Assembly (NCBI GenBank): GCA_001303415.1 | Contig: LJTN01000010.1 | Location: 2,140 to 66,139 of the forward strand | Reading direction: 5' to 3' | Length of the DNA: 64,000 bases | Source: Myxococcales bacterium SG8_38 | Lineage (GTDB): Bacteria; Myxococcota_A; Polyangia; Polyangiales; Houyiibacteriaceae | Part shown: positions 27,181 through 35,100 of the stretch, in pieces | Layout: each line of letters starts with the position of its first letter | Numbering within the stretch: position 1 is the stretch's first letter | Position numbers and translations under genes: made by a program | Notes under the pieces: generated by a model | What the model was told of the DNA's origin: nothing | Seen by the model: only the letters and a program-made list of their open reading frames with translations | Databases searched by the model: none

Positions 27181-27411
27181 GGCACGTTGGCTGTTCCTAC
27201 CAGAACCCGCCGTGACTCGAAACAGCGGTTTGAGGTTCGTAGAAGCACAGGCAACGAGAAAGTGAGCGGGCTCGCCGGGCATACCGTCCCCGAGCGTGCG
27301 TGGCGTCAGCCGCGCAGCCTCACGCATTCAAAGCTCTGGGGGGAGCACGCTTTCCCCGGGAAAGAGAGTGTCTCCTCAGGAGACGAAAGAAAGAACGAAG
27401 AGAGTAAGAAC

Positions 27412-27693
27412 ATGAGTAGCAAGCTATTTGTAGGCGGATTGAGCTGGAACACCACGAGCGCAGCCCTCGAGGAGGCCTTTGCGGCCTGCGGCGAGGTCGT
27501 CGAGGCGAAGGTCGTCACCGACCGAGATTCAGGTCGGTCGCGGGGCTTCGGCTTCGTGACGTTTCAGGACGATCAAGGGGCCGCGCGAGCGATTGAAGAG
27601 CTAGACGGCTCGGCGCTCGACGGTCGCACCATCAGAGTGGACCGCGCCAACGATCGGCCGAGCGGCGAGCGCCGTTCGAATCGTCGCTGGTGA
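27412..27693 (+). CDS. RRM-type RNA-binding protein
   Basis: 93 aa. RNP2 KLFVGGL and RNP1 RGFGFVTF. Trimmed from ORF 27187-27693. Confidence 0.9.
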   Translation: MSSKLFVGGLSWNTTSAALEEAFAACGEVVEAKVVTDRDSGRSRGFGFVTFQDDQGAARAIEELDGSALDGRTIRVDRANDRPSGERRSNRRW

Positions 27694-28904
27694 GAAGAGA
27701 GCTCTTGAAGCAGCAAGCTGCAATCGCCCGTGTCGTCGAACGTCCCGAATCGGAAGCGGATCGGACGTTCGACGCCCTAGGGCTCATCCCCGAGTTGCTG
27801 TCGGCGATCAATCACGCCGGCTATAGAAACCCAACTGCAATTCAACAGCAGGCGATCCCCCCGGCGCTGAGCGGGCGCGATGTTCTCGGCTGCGCGCAGA
27901 CGGGAACTGGAAAAACCGCAGCGTTTACGCTGCCGTTGCTGCAACATCTCGACGCACGTGCGGGAAACGAGCCTCGTCTTCGCGCGCTGGTTCTCACTCC
28001 CACGCGTGAGCTCGCGGCACAAATCAGCGCAAGCTTCAGCACGTACGGAGCTGACCTCGACCTTTGGCACACGGTCGTCTTTGGCGGCGTGAGCGACAAG
28101 CCGCAGATCGCCGAGATCCGCCGCGGCTTGGACGCGCTGGTGGCCACCCCGGGACGCCTGCTCGATCTGATGGGTCGCGGTGTCGTTCGTCTAGACGACG
28201 TGGAGATCTTCGTCGTCGATGAGGCGGATCGAATGCTCGACATGGGGTTCTTGCCGGACGTGCGCCGAATCGCCAGAGCCCTGCCCGAGAAGAGACAGAC
28301 GATGTTCTTCTCGGCTACGATGCCTCCCGAGATACGACGGCTGGCAGAAGGGCTGCTCGACCGTCCCGTGAGCGTCGCCGTGGCGCCTATCTCCTCGACC
28401 GTCGAGCAAGTCGCGCAGCACGTCTTCTTCGTAGACAAAGCCAAGAAGCGAGGCTTGCTTGCGGATCTGCTGCGTGATCCTGAGCTGAAGCACACCATCG
28501 TGTTCAGCCGGACCAAGCACGGAGCCAACCGAATCGTGCGAGAGCTCGGCAAGGCTGGCATCCGCGCAGAAGCGATCCACGGCAACAAGTCGCAAGGTGC
28601 GCGAACTCGGGCGCTCGACGCGTTTCGCGACGGAAGCCTGTCGGTGCTCGTCGCGACGGACATCGCGGCACGCGGCATCGACGTCGAGGGCGTGACACAT
28701 GTGATCAATTTCGATCTGCCGAATGTTCCAGAGACGTATGTTCACCGGATCGGACGGACCGCCCGCGCGGGCGCGTCCGGAGTGGCGCTGTCTTTTTGTG
28801 ACCGAGAAGAGCGATCTCATCTCGCGAGCATCGAGAGATTGATCGGAAAGCGTCTCATTCAGTCAGACGGCGGAAGGACGCCGAGAACCGGAGCGGAGGC
28901 ATGA
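27690..28904 (+). CDS. DEAD-box ATP-dependent RNA helicase
   Basis: Q motif (TAIQQQAIP), [43 protein letters not shown] start overlaps the upstream stop (GTGA). Confidence 0.92.
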   Translation: MRRELLKQQAAIARVVERPESEADRTFDALGLIPELLSAINHAGYRNPTAIQQQAIPPALSGRDVLGCAQTGTGKTAAFTLPLLQHLDARAGNEPRLRALVLTPTRELAAQISASFSTYGADLDLWHTVVFGGVSDKPQIAEIRRGLDALVATPGRLLDLMGRGVVRLDDVEIFVVDEADRMLDMGFLPDVRRIARALPEKRQTMFFSATMPPEIRRLAEGLLDRPVSVAVAPISSTVEQVAQHVFFVDKAKKRGLLADLLRDPELKHTIVFSRTKHGANRIVRELGKAGIRAEAIHGNKSQGARTRALDAFRDGSLSVLVATDIAARGIDVEGVTHVINFDLPNVPETYVHRIGRTARAGASGVALSFCDREERSHLASIERLIGKRLIQSDGGRTPRTGAEA

Positions 28905-29266
28905 CCAACAAGATATTCGTAGGCAATCTCGACTTTGGCGTCACCGAGCAGCAGCTTCGTGAGCTGCTTTCCGAGGTGGGTGAAGTCGTGGATGTGCACA
29001 TCCCAACCGACAGAGAGTCCGGGCGCCCGCGGGGCTTCGCGTTCGTGCGTTTCGCGAACGAAGCGCAGGCAGCGAAGGCGGTCGAGACCATGAACGGTCA
29101 GGACGTTTCGGGGCGCGCTCTCAGGCTCGACCTCGCCGAGGATCGGCCCCGCGCACCCCGCGCGCCTGGACGAGACTTCGGTGGAGGTGGGCGACCGGGC
29201 GGATTCCAGAAGGCCGGGAGGCCCAAGGGCAGCCGACGAGGCCTTCGCGCCAAGAAGCGCAGCTGA
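28901..29266 (+). CDS. RRM-type RNA-binding protein with Arg/Gly-rich tail
   Basis: RNP2 KIFVGNL, RNP1 RGFAFVRF, C-terminal RGG-like tail. ATGA overlap with the helicase stop. Confidence 0.9.
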   Translation: MTNKIFVGNLDFGVTEQQLRELLSEVGEVVDVHIPTDRESGRPRGFAFVRFANEAQAAKAVETMNGQDVSGRALRLDLAEDRPRAPRAPGRDFGGGGRPGGFQKAGRPKGSRRGLRAKKRS

Positions 29267-29409
29267 GTCGATCACTGTCATTCGAGCAGGGGCATCTCGA
29301 CAAGAGGTCGTCCCGCTCGGATGGCGGAGACCTTTGCCGCGTGTGCTAGAGTCGGTCCTGGAGGTTCAAGCAGGGGTTTGCGTTCCTCGGCATTCGCCCC
29401 TCGGCTCCC

Positions 29410-30219
29410 GTGGTCAGTCGTATCGAAAGGTTGCGGGAGATCGGACGCGCCGGCCGCGAAATCGCGGTCGAAGCGGTCTATCTCGCGCAGCGAATCGACA
29501 CACGGCAGCTGGAGGCGGAACGATTGGCCTCCACGCCGCTCCTGGTCGACGCGGGGCGCGAAGGGCTCTGCGTCTTGTTTCGCTACGGTGTCGTCGTTTT
29601 TCTGAACGTGACGCCGGCAGAGCGGACGGGGTTCATCTCGGCCGTCGAGCCGCTGCTGACGGAGCGGTTCGAGAAGCCCGTGAGCGACCGGTTGGTCCTC
29701 ACGATCGAGGCGATCGACGCGGACCGCGTGCGCGGTGGGGTGGTCGTGTGCCCGGACATCGACATCGAGCGAGTGCAGGTCATTGCGGACGCGCTCGCGA
29801 AGAGCGTGGCGCTCATCCACTACGAGGAGACTGCATCTTCGGCGTTCGAGGATGTCGAGCCGCTTGCTTTCAATCTCGAGCGCACCGGACGGACGCCACG
29901 GAGCGCGCGAGGGCTCGCGAAGAGGATCGGCAGCATCCTCATGACGCTTACCCGGACCGTCGGTAGGGTCGAGGCCGCCGACAAGCCCGAGGTGCTTTGG
30001 GAGCATCCCGAGCTCGATTCGCTCCATGCGCGACTCAGCGACGAGTTGGAGCTGGTGGAGAGGCATCGTGCGCTCGAGCGCAAGCTCGACGTCATGTCGA
30101 ATGCGGCACGTTCCTTGCTCGACCTTCGCCTACACGCACAGAGCCTGCGGGTCGAGTGGTACATCGTGCTGCTCATCCTCGTCGAGATCGTGATCGCCCT
30201 CTACGAGCTTTCGCGCTGA
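29410..30219 (+). CDS. RMD1/DUF155 family protein
   Basis: DUF155 core with the characteristic C-terminal TM RVEWYIVLLILVEIVIALYE. GTG start. Confidence 0.72.
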   Translation: MVSRIERLREIGRAGREIAVEAVYLAQRIDTRQLEAERLASTPLLVDAGREGLCVLFRYGVVVFLNVTPAERTGFISAVEPLLTERFEKPVSDRLVLTIEAIDADRVRGGVVVCPDIDIERVQVIADALAKSVALIHYEETASSAFEDVEPLAFNLERTGRTPRSARGLAKRIGSILMTLTRTVGRVEAADKPEVLWEHPELDSLHARLSDELELVERHRALERKLDVMSNAARSLLDLRLHAQSLRVEWYIVLLILVEIVIALYELSR

Positions 30220-30919
30220 GCATGATGACGCCGAGGCTTTCCGCAATCGCGCGCGACACACGGCGTCGGCCCCGCGGCGTAGAGAGGAGATTCTGATTGA
30301 CCTCGAGCTCGACCCCCACGTATCGAGACTGATCGAAGATGCGACGGAGATAGGTGACGAAACCGTCGGTCTTGCCGAGATAGGGATAGTTCCGCCTCAC
30401 ACGAAGATCGGGATCGACCTCGCCAAGCGCATCCTTCCAACGTTGGCAGAACGCTCGCTCCGTTGCTCTCGAGGGATCGTAAAGCAGGCCCACGTCGGCC
30501 GTTCGAAGCTGGCCGTCGACCCGCGGTGTGAAGCTATGAACCCCGACGTGCACCACCTGGTGCCCGCGGCGGACTCGCTCCTCGATCCACGCCTCGACGG
30601 CATCGCGGTGGGGGAAGTAGTGCTCTTCGAGCAGGGCGGCGCGGTCGGCAGCGCCGAGCTTCTTGGAAACCTCCGAGAAGAGAAGCGGGTGCCCGACGGA
30701 ACGGTTGAGATCGACCAAGAGCCGGGTGACCGTGCTCGCGTAGAGCGGCGCCCCGAGCGAGCGCTGCAAAGCACACGCCAATGCCAGGGCGCCGAAGTCG
30801 CATCCTCGATGGGTCTGCAGCAAACGTTGGGCGCTCGGGCCTGCGAACAAATCGCCGTATTGCGGCGGCACGCGCGCGCCACCGTGCTCGCACGTGAGCA
30901 GCAGCACGGGGCGTCTCAT
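30173..30919 (-). CDS. N-formylglutamate amidohydrolase family protein
   Basis: LLTCEHGGARVP N-terminal motif, VHSFTP, GVELEVNQ. ATGA overlap with the upstream GCS2 gene. Trimmed from ORF 30173-31432. Confidence 0.8.
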   Translation of the reverse strand: MRRPVLLLTCEHGGARVPPQYGDLFAGPSAQRLLQTHRGCDFGALALACALQRSLGAPLYASTVTRLLVDLNRSVGHPLLFSEVSKKLGAADRAALLEEHYFPHRDAVEAWIEERVRRGHQVVHVGVHSFTPRVDGQLRTADVGLLYDPSRATERAFCQRWKDALGEVDPDLRVRRNYPYLGKTDGFVTYLRRIFDQSRYVGVELEVNQNLLSTPRGRRRVSRAIAESLGVIMLSAKARRGRSRSRRG

Positions 30920-32163
30920 GGCTCGCTCGAGAAGCGTTCTCCTCGCGCCAGACAGTCTGCGAGGCGGAGGTAGACCTCGTGGAGCTGCGCAGGGCTTGGG
31001 TTCCGGCCGGTCGCCCGCAAGATTCTGCGAGCCAGGCAGCCTTCGTTCAGGATGAAGCGGAGATCCCCAACCGTGGCAGCTTGCACATGCGCCGGCGTTG
31101 GCTCGACGCACGTCTCGACGACGTGCTGCCAAATCTCGGCCGCACGGACGGCACGGCCACCGAGACCGAACGTGCGAAGAAAGCGGGCGTCGTCGATGAC
31201 CGCATGGTCCGCGTCGCGAATCGTCGATAGCAACAACTGCTCGAGCGCGCGGTCGTCCCAAGCTTGCTGGTCTTCGCAGCTCGTCCAAGTCTCTTCGACG
31301 AGCGCGCGAACGGCAGCGATTGTCGCTTGTGCCACGGAGAGGTCCATTCGCGGGCACTCCTGAACGTCGAGAAGCCGGATCTCGAGCGCCATGCGGTCGA
31401 ACCGCGCGATGCAGCCCCGGGCATTGATCCACTCGTGCTGGAGAATGCCTTCTGGATCGAAGGGTGCGAGGTCACGATAGATCCCGTCTAGCAACATCTC
31501 GTAGTCACGCTGGCGAAATACGGCCTCGGGGATCACGCGGCCGGTGACCGAGGGAATACGGCGCGCATTGTGGCGGTAGACCTCGACCCGAGTGTCCAGA
31601 AGACCGCTGGGGCGACCGTCGACGAACGGCGAGCTCGCAGCCAGCGCGGGGAGGATCGGAAGAATCAACCGAATTGCAGCGTGCAGCCGCCCTAGCTCCT
31701 CGTCGTTCGCAAAGGGCAGGTTGATGTGCATGCTCTGCAAATTCGACCATCCATGTCCGCGACAGTCGAAGATGCGGTGCAGGCTCCGGTAAATGACGTC
31801 GTCTTCGTGAGGCCAGAGCCGAAGCTCGTCAGCAGCCATCCAAGGGTGCATCGCGGTTGGGAGCAGCCGCGCGCCCATGGGACCCAGCAGTGAGTCGATC
31901 GTGGTGATGTCTCCTTGAAAAACCTCGTGTAGACCGGAGAGGGTCCTCACGGGTCCGTTGGTCTTGAGCTCCACAAGATGCAATGCGAGCTCGTTCGACC
32001 ATCGCAACGCGCCCCGATCGACCTCCATCTCGTAGCTGCCGGCCACGGCTTTCAAGAGCTCGTCTGCAATGGGCCGAACGGACAAGGTTTCGGCATCGAC
32101 GATCATGTATTCGATCTCGATGCCGACTGCTTCGAAGAGATGGAGGTGGTCGGAGGGGGTCAC
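30916..32163 (-). CDS. Carboxylate-amine ligase, glutamate-cysteine ligase family 2 (YbdK-like)
   Basis: GIEIEYMIVD, ELALHLVELKT, HINLPF, VEVYRHN. GTG start overlaps the ATP-grasp stop (GTGA). Confidence 0.85.
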   Translation of the reverse strand: MTPSDHLHLFEAVGIEIEYMIVDAETLSVRPIADELLKAVAGSYEMEVDRGALRWSNELALHLVELKTNGPVRTLSGLHEVFQGDITTIDSLLGPMGARLLPTAMHPWMAADELRLWPHEDDVIYRSLHRIFDCRGHGWSNLQSMHINLPFANDEELGRLHAAIRLILPILPALAASSPFVDGRPSGLLDTRVEVYRHNARRIPSVTGRVIPEAVFRQRDYEMLLDGIYRDLAPFDPEGILQHEWINARGCIARFDRMALEIRLLDVQECPRMDLSVAQATIAAVRALVEETWTSCEDQQAWDDRALEQLLLSTIRDADHAVIDDARFLRTFGLGGRAVRAAEIWQHVVETCVEPTPAHVQAATVGDLRFILNEGCLARRILRATGRNPSPAQLHEVYLRLADCLARGERFSSEP

Positions 32164-33620
32164 CTTCGCTCCCGCTGTCCTCGTCGCTCCAGGCGGTCGT
32201 AGAAGCTCTGCATGATGCGGAGGTAGAGCTCGTCCTTGAGGATGGAGTCCTCCGTGCCGGCCTCGATGCTCGGGTTGTCGTTCACCTCCATGACCAGGAG
32301 CCTGTCTCCCACCTCCTTGATGTCGACCCCGTACAGGCCGTCACCGATGAGATTGGACGCGCGCACGGCGAGATCGACCACTGCCTTTGGCGCATCTTCG
32401 ACCGCGAGCGTATCGGTGCGACCGTAGAGGCGTCGTTTCTCGCCAAGCGCCTTCTGGATCTGCCAATGACCGCGGGCCATGTGGTATCGACACACGTAGA
32501 GCGCCTTGCCGTCGAGCACACCGACACGCCAGTCGAAATCGGAAGCGGCGAACTCCTGGGCGATGACGAGCTCGGACTTCTGAAGGAACTCGCGCAGGTG
32601 CGCCGACAGCTCGGCTTTGGTGTCCGCTTTGACTACGCCCGCCGAAAACGAGCTGTCGGGCTTCTTGAGAACGCAGGGAAGGCCGAGCTTTTCGGCGACC
32701 TGGTCAGCGCTCTCGCGATACACGACGAGCGTCTTCGGGCAGTCGATGTGGTTCTGCTCGAAGAGCTCGGCCTGATAGACCTTGTTCGTGCAGCGCACGA
32801 TCGATTCCGGATCGTCTATCACGACCAAGCCCTCGGCTTCTGCGCGACGGGCGAAACGGTACGTGTAATGATCGACAGCGGTCGTCTCCCGCAAGAACAA
32901 CGCATCGAACTCTGCAATGCGGCCGAAGTCCTCCTTGCCGATGACCCATGCGTCGAAGCCGACTTTCTTTGCAGCACGAAGGAAACGTTGAATGGCTTTA
33001 TCGTCCGATGGCGCGTCGACTTCGTCGGGGTTGACCAGGATCGCGAGATCGTAGCGCGCACGTTGCACGCCGGGTGGGTGCGGTCTGTCGAAGAATCGCC
33101 GCGCCTGCTCGATCACGAACTCGCGATGCGACTCGGGAATCTCGTGCGAGGCGATGACCCGGAGCTTCTCGAGACGCCATTGATCGGCGTAAACGAATTC
33201 GGCGCGCAGCAAAGGGGCGGGGAAGTGATTGAAGAGAGCACGACATAGCCTGTCGTACCGCTTGGCCATGTTACGGCCAAAGTAGATGCTGAGAACGAAT
33301 CGATCGCTTTTAATCGGAGCGAGTGTTTGTCGCACGAGGAGCTCGGTCGTTTCCGAGGCGATGCGGACGAGAGACGCTTGCCGCAGGTCCTGCATGGTCG
33401 TGACCGATGGAAGTGGCCTGTGTCCCCGGGCAGCGGCCAAGAGCGAGACGTAGTAGCCGGCGCTCTGGTACGCGTAGCTTCTGCAAAGGTTGAATATCTT
33501 GGCCCGTTTGAGCTCGACGAATCTCGGATTGGTGAGGTAGTCCGACGCGGTCACCACCTCGGTCCCTGGAATCTGGAGCGGCCAGTTCTCCGGCCGCTCG
33601 ACGACGATCAGCGCGCTCAC
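32160..33620 (-). CDS. RimK-type ATP-grasp ligase with RimK-like N-terminal (RLAN) domain
   Basis: N-terminal KIFNLCRSYAYQSAGYYVSLLAAARGHRPLP. C-terminal ATP-grasp (PCVLKKPDSSFSAGV, VIAQEF, LLVMEVNDNPS). GTG start overlaps the peptidase stop. Confidence 0.85.
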   Translation of the reverse strand: MSALIVVERPENWPLQIPGTEVVTASDYLTNPRFVELKRAKIFNLCRSYAYQSAGYYVSLLAAARGHRPLPSVTTMQDLRQASLVRIASETTELLVRQTLAPIKSDRFVLSIYFGRNMAKRYDRLCRALFNHFPAPLLRAEFVYADQWRLEKLRVIASHEIPESHREFVIEQARRFFDRPHPPGVQRARYDLAILVNPDEVDAPSDDKAIQRFLRAAKKVGFDAWVIGKEDFGRIAEFDALFLRETTAVDHYTYRFARRAEAEGLVVIDDPESIVRCTNKVYQAELFEQNHIDCPKTLVVYRESADQVAEKLGLPCVLKKPDSSFSAGVVKADTKAELSAHLREFLQKSELVIAQEFAASDFDWRVGVLDGKALYVCRYHMARGHWQIQKALGEKRRLYGRTDTLAVEDAPKAVVDLAVRASNLIGDGLYGVDIKEVGDRLLVMEVNDNPSIEAGTEDSILKDELYLRIMQSFYDRLERRGQRERR

Positions 33621-34345
33621 CGGGCACGTCCCTTGGGTTGGGGTTCGGGGGTCAGCACCAGCAGGTTCGCATCATAGGTCATCACGCCCAGCGCAATGGC
33701 CATGATTAGGCGGTCCATACGAACGCTGTAGCGATGTGTTCGAAATCGCGGGTTGTCGTGCGATGGATCCGACACCGTGACCTCGCGCTTCTTTCGGTCG
33801 TATCCGCTCAGAACCACGAAGTGCCCGACCGGCTCGCCCCGTACATCGTCGTATTGATCCTCATGCTCCCGTGCGCACTGATAGAGATAGGTCGCGCTGA
33901 GCCCAGTGAGGATGGGAGCGCCCCGGTTCAAGAAGCGCCGAATCAACGACGGCCGAAGCTCCTCGAAGCGCACCACGCCACCGAGCCGGAGGTACTCGAG
34001 ATATGCATCAGTGGCGATTCGAAGCTTGCGCGTGCGTTTGTGCTTCAGCTGCGCCTCGAGCCGTTCCGCCAGGTCCACGCCGCCGCCGAACCAGGTTGGG
34101 TCGAACATCTGAAGGTTATAGGTGTAGATCTCGGCCAGATAGCCGCGGCGAAGCGCGTGGCAGGCGAGGGAGACTGCAAACGTGCCCCCTTCCGGCAGCG
34201 GCTCGACCTCCGCGACCACGCCTTCGAGAGGGGTCTCGTCTCCCCAGTACCGATAGACCGCATGCAGACAGGTGGGGCCGCAAGTCGTGTCGTCGGGCTG
34301 AGGCAGGATTTCCAGCTCGAGCTGGGCGGTAAGCGGTTTGGCCAT
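33617..34345 (-). CDS. Cytoplasmic papain-fold (C39-like) cysteine peptidase family protein
   Basis: Gln six residues before the Cys (QPDDTTCGPTC) and GHFVVLSGYD His motif. No signal peptide. First gene of the four-gene operon. Confidence 0.6.
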   Translation of the reverse strand: MAKPLTAQLELEILPQPDDTTCGPTCLHAVYRYWGDETPLEGVVAEVEPLPEGGTFAVSLACHALRRGYLAEIYTYNLQMFDPTWFGGGVDLAERLEAQLKHKRTRKLRIATDAYLEYLRLGGVVRFEELRPSLIRRFLNRGAPILTGLSATYLYQCAREHEDQYDDVRGEPVGHFVVLSGYDRKKREVTVSDPSHDNPRFRTHRYSVRMDRLIMAIALGVMTYDANLLVLTPEPQPKGRAR

Positions 34346-34470
34346 GTTGGGAGCGGAAGAATAGCTGAGTCGCGCGGGGGTGGCATGCTACCGGGATTGG
34401 GCTCTGCGGGGCGGGGCGCCTGGGTTTTGGTTCCCGTCCGGAGGTGGTATTCTCGCCTCAGAGGCCCGCA

Positions 34471-34902
34471 ATGATCACCGTCGCGCAACTGCTCAATTAC
34501 AAAGGTTACAACGTAGAGACGATCGCTCCCGACGCGACCGTGTACGAAGCAATACGACGCATGGCCGACCTCGACATCGGCGCGCTGGTCGTGATCGAGA
34601 GTGGAAAGGTCGTCGGTCTCATCACCGAGCGTGACTACGCACGCAACGTCTTTCTCAAAGGCAAGTCCTCCCCGACGACTCCGGTGCGGGAGGCGATGGC
34701 GGACGATGTCTTGGTTGTCGGCTGTAACAAGACGACCAGGGACTGCATGGCGATCATGACCGGCAAACGGACGCGGCACTTGGTGGTCATGGAAGCGGGG
34801 GAGCTCGTCGGCATCCTCTCGATCGGCGACCTAGTCCGGAGCATCGTGGCCGAGCAAGACATGACGATCGAGCAGCTCGAGCAGTACATCCTTCGCGGCT
34901 GA
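34471..34902 (+). CDS. CBS domain pair protein
   Basis: Two CBS motifs (GALVVIESGKVVGLITERD; RHLVVMEAGELVGILSIGD). ATG 34471. Confidence 0.85.
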   Translation: MITVAQLLNYKGYNVETIAPDATVYEAIRRMADLDIGALVVIESGKVVGLITERDYARNVFLKGKSSPTTPVREAMADDVLVVGCNKTTRDCMAIMTGKRTRHLVVMEAGELVGILSIGDLVRSIVAEQDMTIEQLEQYILRG

Positions 34903-35100
34903 GGGCCAACCGGACGGGCGAGCCGTGGTCACACTCCTGCCGAACTGCGTTCGTGGGCTTGTAATCTAGCCTACACTCACGCACCTGGTGCCATATGCGA
35001 GCCGCTCGTGTTGGGATCGGGGCGGCGTCCCTCTCGTGGCATCTTCCCAGCCGGCGCGATCTTCGATATACGCAACTTTACCCGTTTTCTGGATCTCAGC

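Noticed and set aside
26868-27254. Minus-strand ORF (128 aa, TTG start) inside the 567-bp intergenic region. Its last ~55 aa (LAREILELFVPTADPAALLVDSAGLGNVEAASWFGGTLLYGPATGGPWSIRVERP) look protein-like.
   Set aside because: The N-terminal two-thirds is Arg/Ser/Gly junk. There is no ATG or SD for a shorter version, third-position GC is mixed, and I recognise no family. It could be a gene remnant or a small protein, but I cannot support a call.
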